Shown piece by piece: positions 48,433 through 57,519 of a DNA stretch of 57,519 nucleotides. The stretch lies in assembly GCA_035650735.1 (NCBI GenBank), contig DASRGZ010000123.1:1-57519 (forward strand), given 5' to 3'. Within the stretch, counting starts at the first letter, position 1; every line of letters starts with the position of its first letter. The notes below the pieces were generated by a model, which worked only from the letters and a program-made list of their open reading frames with translations, was not told the DNA's origin and ran no database searches. Source of the DNA: Chthonomonadaceae bacterium (GTDB lineage Bacteria > Armatimonadota > Chthonomonadetes > Chthonomonadales > Chthonomonadaceae). A program made the position numbers and the translations under genes.

Positions 48433-49935
48433 ATGTCTTCTCAAGATGTATTGGTGGCGAGGATGCGCGAGACGGTAGGACGGTACGGCCTGTTTGCGCC
48501 GGGTCAGACGGTGGTGGTCGGCGTGTCGGGCGGACCGGACTCGACGGCCCTGCTGCACGCCCTGGCCGGGCTGCGCCAGGAATGGAAGCTTACGCTGGTC
48601 GCCGCCCACTTCAATCACGGCTTTCGCGGCGTCGAGTCGGAGGCCGATGCTGAATATGTCGCAGCGTTGTGCGCCCGACTGGAGGTGCCCTGCCGTATTG
48701 AGCGCGCCGATGTGCCCGCCGCGCGCCGCCGCCTGCATCTTTCCGCTCAGGAGGCCGCCCGCAGCCTCCGCCACGCCTTCCTGCGCCGCGTCGCCGGAGA
48801 GGAGGGCGCGGAGCGCATTGCCCTGGCCCACACCCGCGATGACCGCATCGAGACGGTTCTGCTCAACCTCCTGCGCGGCACGGGCCTGGAGGGGCTGAGC
48901 GGCTTCCCGCCCGTCCATTTTCCTCTTGTGCGCCCGCTCTATGATGTAAGCCGCGCGCAGGTGGAAGCCTACTGCGCCGCCCATGTCCTCCACCCGCGCC
49001 GGGACTCTTCCAACGTCAACCTCGATTATCGCCGTAACCGTATTCGGACGGAACTGCTTCCCTATCTGGCTGCGTACTACAATGAGAAAGTTGACCACGC
49101 GATTTTACGAATGGCCGACCTCGCCGCCGCCGATAATGAAGTACTGGAAGGGCTGGCGGCGGAGGCGTTTGCGCGTGTAGCGTGTGCGCAGACGGAAACG
49201 CAGGTAACGCTGGATGCCGCTCTCTTGCGCGCGCAGCCCATCGCGTTGCAGCGGCGCGTGCTGCGGCAGGCGATAGCGCGCGTGCGCGGCCATTTGCAGC
49301 ATATCGGTCTGGAGACGCTGGATCGCGCTCTGGAAGCGGTCGCGCAGGGGCGAAAATGGCAGGTCACGCTGCCGGCTGCGGAGGTCGGCGCCGTGCGCCT
49401 GTGCTGCGACGAGGCGGCGGTGCAGGTTGTGCGCGCAGCCGCTCCCGCCATTCCGTTGCCCTGGCGGTGCGATCTGGCCGTTCCCGGCCGCACGGAACTG
49501 CCGCAGGCCGGAATGGCGGTGGAGGCGTGGCTCTGTCGGACGGGCGCGGAGGCCGCGTCCCTGGCGGCGCAGACGGGCGCGCTCGTTGGCGCGGGCAGGG
49601 GGCCGCTCCTGGCGCTCTTCTATCGGAGCGACGTGGCCCTGCCGCTGGTTGCGCGCTCCTGGCAGCCGGGCGACCGCATGCGTCCGCGCGGGCTGGGCGG
49701 TAGCAAAAAGCTGCAAGACCTGTTCACCGACCGCAAGATTCCCGCCGCGCAGCGCGCACAGATGCCGGTGATTGTGGACGCAGAAGGGCGCATCCTGACC
49801 GTCCTCGGCCTGGCGCTCGACGAGCAAACTCTGCACCCCGCCGATGCCGCCCTGAAGGAGAACGACCCACGCCCGCCCGGCGAGGAGATTTTACTGTTGC
49901 GCGCGGTGCCGCTGGACCCACAGGCCGGCTGTTAG
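48433..49935 (+). CDS. tilS: tRNA(Ile)-lysidine synthetase
   Basis: SGGPDS PP-loop, AHFNHG, AHTRDD..ET, RNRIR, C-terminal KKLQDLF. Confidence 0.95.
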   Translation: MSSQDVLVARMRETVGRYGLFAPGQTVVVGVSGGPDSTALLHALAGLRQEWKLTLVAAHFNHGFRGVESEADAEYVAALCARLEVPCRIERADVPAARRRLHLSAQEAARSLRHAFLRRVAGEEGAERIALAHTRDDRIETVLLNLLRGTGLEGLSGFPPVHFPLVRPLYDVSRAQVEAYCAAHVLHPRRDSSNVNLDYRRNRIRTELLPYLAAYYNEKVDHAILRMADLAAADNEVLEGLAAEAFARVACAQTETQVTLDAALLRAQPIALQRRVLRQAIARVRGHLQHIGLETLDRALEAVAQGRKWQVTLPAAEVGAVRLCCDEAAVQVVRAAAPAIPLPWRCDLAVPGRTELPQAGMAVEAWLCRTGAEAASLAAQTGALVGAGRGPLLALFYRSDVALPLVARSWQPGDRMRPRGLGGSKKLQDLFTDRKIPAAQRAQMPVIVDAEGRILTVLGLALDEQTLHPADAALKENDPRPPGEEILLLRAVPLDPQAGC

Positions 49936-50017
49936 GCCGTCGGCAAACAGAGCGGACGCGATAGCGTAACATCTCTTGCTACGCGCACCATAGCATACCG
50001 GTTGGGTGAATTTTGGT

Positions 50018-50046
50018 TTGCCGTCCGTAAATCGGTATGCTATAAT
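50018..50046 (+). promoter_or_regulatory. Putative promoter of ftsH
   Basis: TTGCCG-17 bp-TATAAT with extended -10 TG. Confidence 0.65.
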
Positions 50047-50112
50047 AGGGTACCGACGCTAGACTTACCGGAACGACCGAGGCTGCCGCTGGCCGGACCG
50101 GAGGAGGTTGCT

Positions 50113-52077
50113 TTGAAAAGTGGAAACAACGGATCACGCATCCTGATCCTCATAGCCATCATCGCCCTGATCCTGGTGGCGCTGAACTCGAACTTTCTCA
50201 AGGGCTTTGCTGCCTCCAGCGAGACGCTCCCCTACAGCGCTCTGCTGACCAAAATTGACCAGAACCCGAGCAGCCTGACCGGACTGGCCTTTGAGAAAGA
50301 TGTCCTGACCGGGCGTTACACCAATGTGGAGAAGGGCGCGATGCCCGGCAAAGAGGGGCAGCAGTTTAACTCCGTGCTGCCGGATTCCGGCGAGGCGCGC
50401 AGCAAGCTGATTGATAAGCTTCACGAGAAGGGCATCCCCTTTGAGTTCCGAAAGCCGTTCCTGAGCGATTGGATGCAGACCGTGCTCTCCATGGTCCTGC
50501 TGCCGGTGATGTTCATCGCCATCTTCTGGATCTTCTTCATCCGGCAGGCGCAGTCCGGCGGCAACCAGGCGCTCAACTTTGGGCGCAGCCGTGCCAAGCG
50601 CATGACCGACTCGGTGCCCAAAGTCACCTTTGACGAGGTCGCCGGCGTGGAGGAGGCCAAGCAGGAGCTCCAGGAGATCGTTGAGTTCCTCAAGAACGCC
50701 AAGAAGTTTCAGGCGCTCGGAGCCAAGATCCCCAAGGGCGTGCTGCTGCTGGGACCTCCCGGCTGCGGCAAGACGATGCTGGCGCGGGCCGTCGCGGGCG
50801 AAGCGGGCGTTCCCTTCTTCCATATCTCCGGCTCGGACTTCGTGGAGATGTTCGTCGGCGTGGGCGCCAGCCGCGTGCGCGACCTGTTCGACACGGCCAA
50901 GGCCAACCGACCCTCGCTCATCTTCATTGACGAAATTGATGCGGTGGGCCGCCAGCGCGGCGCGGGCCTGGGCGGCGGCCATGACGAGCGCGAGCAGACC
51001 CTCAACCAGTTGCTCGTCGAGATGGACGGCTTCGACCCGAACGCAGGCGTCATTATGATCGCGGCGACCAATCGTCCCGACGTTCTGGACCCAGCGCTGC
51101 TGCGTCCGGGCCGCTTCGACCGGCGCGTGGTGGTAGATGCGCCCGACATCGTGGGCCGCAAGGCCATCTTCCAGGTGCACCTGCGCGGCAAGCCGCTGGA
51201 GGACGACGTCAACGTTGAGACGCTGGCCAAGCTTACTCCCGGCTTTACCGGCGCCGACATCATGAACGTCGTCAACGAGGCGGCGATCCTGGCGGCGCGG
51301 CGCGATAAGAGCAAGATCGCTATGAACGAGTTCGACGAGGCCCGCGACCGCGTGCTGATGGGCCCTGAGCGCAAGACGCGCATGAACTCGGAGCGCAAGC
51401 TGCGCGTGGTGGCCTACCACGAGTTGGGACACGCCATCGTCGCGGCCAAGATACCCAACGCCGATCCGGTCTACAAGATCACGGTCATTCCGCGCGGCAT
51501 GAGCGGAGGCGCGACCTGGTATCTGCCCAAAGAGGAGAGTCTGCGCACCAAGCAGGATATGCTCGACGACATCACGGCCTCGCTCGGCGGGCGCGTCGCG
51601 GAGGAGCTGGTCTTCAGCGATGTGACCACCGGCGCGGTGAGCGACCTCGACCACGCGACCGACCTGGCGCGGGCGATGGTCTGCGAATACGGCATGAGCG
51701 ACCGGCTTGGCCCGCTGCGCCTGGGCCGGCGACACGGCAATCCGTTCCTGGGCCGCGACCTGATGGAGGACCGGGACTACAGCGAGGATATTGCCAAGGC
51801 GATTGACGAGGAGGTCCGCGCGTTCATTGACCAGGGTTACGCCCGAGCGCGTGAGATCCTGATGGAAAACCGCGCCAAGATGGACGAGATCGCCGAGATC
51901 CTGTTGGAGAAGGAGACGCTGACGCGCGAGGAGTTCCTGGCGCTCCTGAACGGCGAGGCGACGGCGGATGACATTCGCCGGGGCCAGTTGACCCCGCCGC
52001 CGACCACGGGCCTGACCACTCCGGTGGAGACGGAGCCGCCGCGTATCCAGACGCGCCTGCGCCCCGAACCGGCGTAA
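50113..52077 (+). CDS. ftsH: ATP-dependent zinc metalloprotease FtsH
   Basis: Two TMs; [44 protein letters not shown] 50113 after GGAGGAGG. Confidence 0.97.
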   Translation: MKSGNNGSRILILIAIIALILVALNSNFLKGFAASSETLPYSALLTKIDQNPSSLTGLAFEKDVLTGRYTNVEKGAMPGKEGQQFNSVLPDSGEARSKLIDKLHEKGIPFEFRKPFLSDWMQTVLSMVLLPVMFIAIFWIFFIRQAQSGGNQALNFGRSRAKRMTDSVPKVTFDEVAGVEEAKQELQEIVEFLKNAKKFQALGAKIPKGVLLLGPPGCGKTMLARAVAGEAGVPFFHISGSDFVEMFVGVGASRVRDLFDTAKANRPSLIFIDEIDAVGRQRGAGLGGGHDEREQTLNQLLVEMDGFDPNAGVIMIAATNRPDVLDPALLRPGRFDRRVVVDAPDIVGRKAIFQVHLRGKPLEDDVNVETLAKLTPGFTGADIMNVVNEAAILAARRDKSKIAMNEFDEARDRVLMGPERKTRMNSERKLRVVAYHELGHAIVAAKIPNADPVYKITVIPRGMSGGATWYLPKEESLRTKQDMLDDITASLGGRVAEELVFSDVTTGAVSDLDHATDLARAMVCEYGMSDRLGPLRLGRRHGNPFLGRDLMEDRDYSEDIAKAIDEEVRAFIDQGYARAREILMENRAKMDEIAEILLEKETLTREEFLALLNGEATADDIRRGQLTPPPTTGLTTPVETEPPRIQTRLRPEPA

Positions 52078-52102
52078 CGATCCTTCAACCTGACGCTAAA
52101 CT

Positions 52103-52141
52103 CAGCCCGCCAACATTATGTTGGCGGGCTGTCTTATTTTC
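52103..52141 (+). terminator. Rho-independent terminator of ftsH
   Basis: CAGCCCGCCAACAT-T-ATGTTGGCGGGCTG followed by TCTTATTTT. Confidence 0.8.
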
Positions 52142-52157
52142 GAAGCAAAATGCTCGC

Positions 52158-52187
52158 TTGACAGTTAATTGTCCGGTATGTTATTCT
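52158..52187 (+). promoter_or_regulatory. Putative promoter of protease islet
   Basis: TTGACA-18 bp-TATTCT with extended -10 TG. Confidence 0.6.
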
Positions 52188-52592
52188 CGTTCGCACTGTT
52201 GCCAAGTAAGTTCCATTCAAATTGCAGAGAAGGAAACGAAAGGCCGTGCCAACCTACAGCCGAGCGAATACCGACCTGCTCCAGGCTGCCACGCAGAACA
52301 AAACCGAATTCCTCAACAGGCTGTTTGGGGGCTGCGCCCCTGCGGCGTCCGGTGCGGCAGGGACAGACCTCAGTGTCGTACCGGAAGGCAGCAACATTGT
52401 CGGCGTAGGGTATGAAGCGAAAAGCACCGAAGGCGCTATGGTGGAGGGCGAGATCGCAGTACGTATCTACGTCCGATCCAAGCTGTCCCTGACAGAGGCG
52501 CCTGTGGATGAACGGGTTCCAGCCGACATCAACGGCACTCCCACGGACGTCATTGCGGGCGGAGATGTGACGGCTCTCGTGCGTCCGACTAA

Positions 52593-52788
52593 GAGCGTCT
52601 AACAAAACCGTGCTCTTTCCCTGCAAGGCAGAGGGTTGGGGTGAGGATAGAGCCTTACACCACGTTTTGTTAGGTAACCCAAGTTGCTACCTAGGAACAC
52701 GTTTGAGAGAGAATCGCTCTGGAAACCGGCTTTTGCATCACCGTTTGCCTTCTCGAAGAGGCAAGGTAGCAACTTGAGTTAGGTACTC
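52593..52788. mobile_element. IS5/IS1031-like MITE (87 bp without the nested element), TAA TSD
   Basis: TAA|GAGCGTCTAACAAAAC ... GTTTTGTTAGGTACTC|TAA after removing inner element. Confidence 0.88.
52677..52779. mobile_element. 103-bp IS982-like MITE nested in the right TIR of the outer MITE
   Basis: TIRs ACCCAAGTTGCTACCT / AGGTAGCAACTTGAGT (15/16); TSD TAGGTA at 52671-52676 and 52780-52785. Confidence 0.9.
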
Positions 52789-53508
52789 TAAATAGGGCGT
52801 GTCTGTAGGACATTTCAACATCACTGCCGGGACTTTAGACTGCCGCATCCAAATTGCAAGCGATCCTGGCGGCGAGTATATTCTCTCGAACAATCATGTT
52901 CTGGCTGACACCAATGCGGGCCTCAAAGGCGACGACATTATGGAACCAGGGCCCTATGATGGTGGAACAGCGCCCATCGCCCGGTTGGAAGATTTCGAGC
53001 CTATTCAATTTCTGGCTCCAGGCGTCATTCCTCCACCTATTAATCAGATGGATGCGGCTATTGCGAAAGTCATCAAGGCGGGCGATGTACTGCCAGATAT
53101 TTGGAAAAATCGGGCGTATCGTCAATCCGCCCGTACCCGCCGCTCTTTATCGGTCTGTCCGTAAACATGGACGCACGACACGGCATACAGTAGGCGTCGT
53201 CACAGATATCAGCGCCAGCATTCGCGTTCGATACGGCAAGCAAGTTGCCCCGTTCGATAACCAGATCGCGATTATTGGGGCAGGCGGTGCTTTTAGCTCA
53301 GGCGGCGACTCCGGCTCATTAATTGTGGATGCCGTGAACCTTAATCCTGTTGCCTTGCTCTTCGCGGGCGGCAGCACAACCTTCGCTAACCCAATTGGCA
53401 TTGTTCTCGCCCGCTTTAGCGCCACTATTCTCTAGCGAGCGCCGTTTCCAAGTCTTGGATTTTAACTAAAGCTGTGGTAAGATAGGGGTACAAGAGGAGA
53501 AAAAGGCC

Positions 53509-53730
53509 ATGACGCAGCTAAAGCCAGATTTACGAGCGGTTAAAGCAGCGGCGCAAAGCCAGTTCGGCCAGATTCCGGGCATAGAAGGTTTTGGAATCGG
53601 GGATGGCACGCTTGGCATCTATGTGCGCAATGCTGAAGTTCGCAACCAGCTTCCTCACGAATATCAGGGCGTGCCCGTAGAATTTGTCATCACCGGAGAT
53701 ATTGAGGCATACGCAACGGCTGCTTTTTAA
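53509..53730 (+). CDS. Small protein resembling the pro-domain of the upstream protease
   Basis: GAGGAG RBS; GIEGFGIG..LGIYVR..LPHEYQGVPVEFVITGDIEA aligns with NIVGVGY..VRIYVR..VPADINGTPTDVIAGGDVTA. Confidence 0.8.
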   Translation: MTQLKPDLRAVKAAAQSQFGQIPGIEGFGIGDGTLGIYVRNAEVRNQLPHEYQGVPVEFVITGDIEAYATAAF

Positions 53731-53751
53731 CGTTATCGGTGATACACCACG

Positions 53752-53787
53752 CCGCCTGCTAACCCCATGTTGGCAGGCGGTTTTGTT
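53752..53787 (+). terminator. Rho-independent terminator
   Basis: CCGCCTGCTAAC-CCCAT-GTTGGCAGGCGG followed by TTTTGTT. Confidence 0.75.
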
Positions 53788-53790
53788 GCA

Positions 53791-54097
53791 CCTGACCCCG
53801 GCAGGCTAAACCCTGCCGCTGTGGGGCCTAACGGCCCGCTGACTGCCAGGGTCGGGCCTACAACGGACTGCCAGGGGCGGCAGGGTTACGGCCCCTGCCC
53901 CCGCCTGGCCACAGCCCTCCGCCTTGCGACACCTACGCGGGCAGAATACCTGTTGACAACGCCAGGGGCATTACCATTACGTTCTATGGGCACTGCCTAC
54001 GCAGGCAGAGAGTCTCGCCCACGTAGGTGGGCGACGGGCGCTTTGCGCCCCACAGCGGCAGGCTAAACCCTGCCGCAAGAGAGGGCGGGGGGTTAGG
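53791..54097. repeat. REP-like mosaic (inverted doublet) with nested pair of 45-bp units (53842-53929)
   Basis: CCTGCCGCTGTGGGG ... CCCCACAGCGGCAGG inverted arms; shared modules. Confidence 0.9.
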
Positions 54098-54117
54098 TCA
54101 GGCGGGCCGGATTTCGC

Positions 54118-54147
54118 TTGACTTTCCGGCCCCAATCACGGTATGAT
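54118..54147 (+). promoter_or_regulatory. Putative promoter of sucAB
   Basis: TTGACT-18 bp-TATGAT. Confidence 0.6.
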
Positions 54148-54239
54148 AACCAGGGCGGCGCGCCCTTTGCCGCTCGCTTGTCTAGCCTGTAACAAGGGCG
54201 TTCTACAGGCCAAAACTCGCGAAAGTCAGACACAATCAC

Positions 54240-57086
54240 ATGAACGATCTCAGCCTTTTTCACGGGCCGAACGCGGGCTATATCCTGGAACTCTACGAGC
54301 GTTACCAGCAGGACCCGGAGTCGGTAGACGCGGCGACGCGCGCCTTCTTTGAGCACTGGACTCCGGAGAGGCCCGCCCCCGGTCCGGCAGCGCAGGCAGG
54401 CGCGTCCACGACGACAGCGCCCTATGGGCCGGAGGAGATCACGCGCGCCGTCGCCGCCGCCCGTCTCTCCCGGTATGTCCGCGAGCTCGGTCATCTGGCC
54501 GCCCATGTGGACCCGCTCGGCAGTGAGCCGCCCGGCGATCCCGGCCTGGAGCTGGCCGCGCATGGCCTGGAAACGCAAGATCTGCTCCGGCTGCCCGCCA
54601 GCGTCGTCGGCGGGCCGTTCGCAGAGAACGCAAAGAACGCGCTGGAAGCCCTGGAAAAGCTGCGTCGAGTCTATTCAGGCACCATCGGCTACGAAACCGA
54701 CCACATCCAGAACTACGAGGAGCGGTGGTGGATTCGCGAGGCCATTGAGACCGGGCGCTTCTTCCAGGGCATTACGCCAGAGGATAAAAAGGAGTTGCTG
54801 GAGCGGCTTACCCAGGTAGACACGTTTGAGCAGTATCTGCACAAAACCTTCCAGGGCGAGAAGCGCTTTTCGATAGAAGGCACGGATACGCTCGTGCCGA
54901 TGCTCGACGAGATCATCCACCTGGCGGCGCTCCAGGGAACTCGCGAGGTCGTCATGGGCATGGCGCACCGGGGACGGCTCAATGTGTTGGCCCACATCCT
55001 CGGCAAGCCCTACGACGCTATTCTCTCGGAGTTTGAGAAGGGCCAGCCTGGCGAGAGCGCCTCGGTTGCCGGGCGCAGCGCCGATGGCTGGACGGGTGAT
55101 GTCAAATACCACCTGGGCGCGCGGCGCGGCTATAAGGAGACCGGCAGTGAAGAAGTGCGCCTGACCCTCGTGCCCAACCCCAGCCACCTCGAATACGTCA
55201 ATCCCGTCGTGGAAGGGCACGCGCGCGCGGCCCAGGAGCGGCGCACCATACGCGGCGAGCCCGTGCGCGATGAGGAAGCCTCGCTGCCCATTCTGATCCA
55301 CGGCGACGCGGCCTTCCCCGGTCAGGGCATCGTGGCGGAGACGCTCAACCTGTCGAGCCTTCCCGGATATCGCACTGGCGGCACCATCCATATCATCGTC
55401 AACAACCAGATCGGCTTTACCACGCTGCCCAGCGATGCGCGCTCTACCCTCTACGCCGGCGACCTGGCCAAAGGCTTCGAGATCCCCATCGTCCACGTCA
55501 ACGCCGACGATCCGATCGCCTGCATTGCCGTGGCGCGCATGGCTCATGCCTACCGGGAGCGGTTCTGCAAGGATTTCCTGATCGACCTGGTCGGCTACCG
55601 GCGCTGGGGCCACAATGAGGGCGATGAACCCTCCTTCACGCAGCCGCGCATGTATGAGATCATCGCCAATCATCCGCGCGTGCGCGAGCTCTGGGCGCAA
55701 GAGCTGGAGCGCGAGGGAATCGTGACGCGGGACGAGGCGGAGGCGATGGTGCGGGCGGCCTACGAATACTTGCAGCAGGCGCGCGCGCAGGCGACCGCTA
55801 CCGGCAAAGCTCTGGAGAGCGATCTGTTCGCGCATCCCGGACAAAGCGGCTTGGTCGAGACGGCGGTGCCTGCCGAGCGGCTGATCGCCTTCAACGAAGC
55901 CCTGCTGGCGCGTCCCCCAGGCTTTACCGTGGATGCTAAGCTGGAAAGGACCGTGTTTAAGCGTCGCCGTGAAGCCCTTCAGGAGGGCGGTGGCATTGAT
56001 TGGGGCCATGCGGAGACGCTGGCATTTGCTTCCATCCTGGCCGACGGCACGCCCATTCGCCTGACGGGTCAGGACACCGAGCGCGGCACGTTCTCCCACC
56101 GGCACGCGGTGCTCCACGATGTGACGACCGGCGAGCGTTATATCCCTTTGCAGGGGCTGCCGCAGGCGCGTGCCGCGTTCGCCATCTACAACAGCCCGCT
56201 CTCCGAAAGCGCTCCGGTCGGCTTCGAGTATGGCTACAGCATGCACGCTCCCGGCGTCCTGGTGCTCTGGGAGGCCCAGTTCGGCGACTTCGCCAACTCG
56301 GCCCAGGTCATGATTGACCAGTTCCTCGTCTCCGGCAACGCCAAATGGCGGCAGACGCCTTCGCTGGTGATGTTGCTGCCTCACGGCTACGAGGGCCAGG
56401 GGCCGGAGCACTCCAGCGCGCGCCTGGAGCGGTTCCTGCAACTGGCGGCCAGCGACAACGTGCGCATCGTCAACTGCACGACCTCCGCCCAGTACTTCCA
56501 CCTGCTGCGCCGGCAGGCGGCGCTGCTGAAGACCGATCCCCGCCCGCTGATCGTAATGTCGCCCAAGTCCCTGCTGCGCCACCGCCTCGCGGCCTCGCCC
56601 CTGGAGGACTTCACGCACGGCACGTTCCAGCCCGTGCTGGAGGACGAGGAGGCCAACCGCCACGCCGACCTGGTGACGCGCCTGATTCTTTGCAGCGGCA
56701 AAATCTACGTGAACCTGGTGGATAGCAAGACCTATCAGGCGGCGGAGAATCGGCAGAACCTGGCGGTCGTGCGCGTCGAGGAGCTCTATCCCTTCCCGGA
56801 GAGGGAGCTTCAGAGGGTGTTCGACCGGTATCCCAACCTGCAGGAAGTGGTCTGGCTGCAGGAGGAGCCGTGCAACATGGGCGCATGGTTCTACATGGCG
56901 CCCCGCCTGCGCGAGCTGGTCGGCTGGAAGGGCGAGCTGATCTATGTGGGCCGTCCCGAAGCGGCCAGCCCCGCCGAGGGCTCCAGCTTCCTCCATGCCG
57001 TCGAGCAGGAGCGCCTCATCACGACGGCGCTGCGGGAGATTCCGAGCCTGTCCTTGAAACGGAGTAAAGTCAGCTATGCCCGTTGA
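54240..57086 (+). CDS. sucA: 2-oxoglutarate dehydrogenase E1
   Basis: KRFSIEG, GMAHRGRLN, NPSHLE, HGDAAF..NNQ, WEAQFGDF, PHGYEGQGPEHSS. Confidence 0.97.
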   Translation: MNDLSLFHGPNAGYILELYERYQQDPESVDAATRAFFEHWTPERPAPGPAAQAGASTTTAPYGPEEITRAVAAARLSRYVRELGHLAAHVDPLGSEPPGDPGLELAAHGLETQDLLRLPASVVGGPFAENAKNALEALEKLRRVYSGTIGYETDHIQNYEERWWIREAIETGRFFQGITPEDKKELLERLTQVDTFEQYLHKTFQGEKRFSIEGTDTLVPMLDEIIHLAALQGTREVVMGMAHRGRLNVLAHILGKPYDAILSEFEKGQPGESASVAGRSADGWTGDVKYHLGARRGYKETGSEEVRLTLVPNPSHLEYVNPVVEGHARAAQERRTIRGEPVRDEEASLPILIHGDAAFPGQGIVAETLNLSSLPGYRTGGTIHIIVNNQIGFTTLPSDARSTLYAGDLAKGFEIPIVHVNADDPIACIAVARMAHAYRERFCKDFLIDLVGYRRWGHNEGDEPSFTQPRMYEIIANHPRVRELWAQELEREGIVTRDEAEAMVRAAYEYLQQARAQATATGKALESDLFAHPGQSGLVETAVPAERLIAFNEALLARPPGFTVDAKLERTVFKRRREALQEGGGIDWGHAETLAFASILADGTPIRLTGQDTERGTFSHRHAVLHDVTTGERYIPLQGLPQARAAFAIYNSPLSESAPVGFEYGYSMHAPGVLVLWEAQFGDFANSAQVMIDQFLVSGNAKWRQTPSLVMLLPHGYEGQGPEHSSARLERFLQLAASDNVRIVNCTTSAQYFHLLRRQAALLKTDPRPLIVMSPKSLLRHRLAASPLEDFTHGTFQPVLEDEEANRHADLVTRLILCSGKIYVNLVDSKTYQAAENRQNLAVVRVEELYPFPERELQRVFDRYPNLQEVVWLQEEPCNMGAWFYMAPRLRELVGWKGELIYVGRPEAASPAEGSSFLHAVEQERLITTALREIPSLSLKRSKVSYAR

Positions 57087-57519
57087 GATACGCGTCCCCC
57101 CGCTGGGCGAGTCGGTCGTCGAGGCGACCGTCGGGCGGTGGCTCAAGCACGAGGGCGATGCCATCGCCCCCGGGGAGGCCCTGGTCGAGCTAGAAACCGA
57201 TAAGGTTAACATGGAGGTGAACGCCGACGCCCCCGGCGTGCTGCAGCGCATCCTACATCCGGAGGGCGATACGGTCGGGGTGAATGAGGTGCTGGCCGTG
57301 CTGGCCGAGGCCGGGGCTGTCCCGCAGCCGGAGCGACCAGCCGCCCCGGTAGCCGCCGCCGCACCCGCAGCGCCAGTGGAGCAGGGCAACGGGCGTCCGG
57401 CCCCCGCCGCCTCGCCGGTGGCGCGTCAGATGGCCGCCGATAAAGGCATTGACCTGGCGGAGGTATCGGGCAGTGGCGTGGGCGGCAAGATCACCAAGGA
57501 AGATGTCGAAAGCTATCTC
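57076..57519 (+). CDS. sucB: Dihydrolipoyl succinyltransferase E2 (5' part, truncated by window end)
   Basis: MPVEIRVPPLGESVVEAT, lipoyl ETDKV, ASPVARQMA..GSGVGGKITKEDV; overlaps sucA stop. Confidence 0.92.
   Translation, partial: MPVEIRVPPLGESVVEATVGRWLKHEGDAIAPGEALVELETDKVNMEVNADAPGVLQRILHPEGDTVGVNEVLAVLAEAGAVPQPERPAAPVAAAAPAAPVEQGNGRPAPAASPVARQMAADKGIDLAEVSGSGVGGKITKEDVESYL

Larger units (their letters stand above)
52246..53435 (+). pseudogene. Trypsin-like (S1, Nal1-like) serine protease with pro-domain, disrupted
   Basis: RP|GVSVGH..TAGTL, SNNHVL (His), MDAAIA (Asp), GDSGS (Ser); MITE at 52593-52788, TAG at 52793, frameshift near 53105. Confidence 0.85.

Noticed and set aside
50134..51735. 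533-aa antisense ORF
   Set aside because: Shadow of ftsH.
48433..52077. tilS-ftsH without intervening hpt
   Set aside because: A common gene-order variant; not informative.
52793..52795. TAG read-through (pyrrolysine) in the protease
   Set aside because: The gene also carries MITE insertions and a frameshift, so ordinary decay is the simpler explanation; there are no pyl genes in the window.
54675..57389. 904-aa antisense ORF
   Set aside because: Shadow of sucA/sucB in a GC-rich genome; no recognisable motifs.

Overview
GC-rich bacterial chromosome segment. Gene content tentatively suggests Armatimonadota, but this is an inference. It carries central-metabolism genes (gap, icd, mdh, sucA, partial sucB), a fatty-acid/propionate catabolism region (fadE-like, fadF-like, etfAB, prpD/B/C, acuI, fadN-like), several glycoside hydrolases, tilS-ftsH and an AbrB/Doc toxin-antitoxin pair. 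I found no rRNA, tRNA, CRISPR array or transposase gene. The most striking content is non-coding. (1) A 45-bp hairpin mini-element (ACTGCCAGGGTC...TCCGCCTTGCGA) occurs as about 10 units at 5 loci. It inserts into REP-like hairpins and into itself, apparently replacing a 2-bp pyrimidine dinucleotide with no target-site duplication. (2) Inverted arrays of 7-10-bp tandem repeats start at stop codons. One pair encloses a four-helix-bundle (IVP/Avd-like) gene; the others are empty. (3) MITEs of three IS-like types have clear terminal inverted repeats (TIRs) and target-site duplications (TSDs); one is nested in another, and two genes are disrupted. Protein-level oddities are a MoaB/Mog-LarC(C-terminal) fusion, an S1 protease pseudogene followed by a stand-alone copy of its pro-domain, an orphan variant E2, and a PSCyt/DUF1549-DUF1501 deletion chimera. 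All family assignments come from motif recognition by eye, not database searches.
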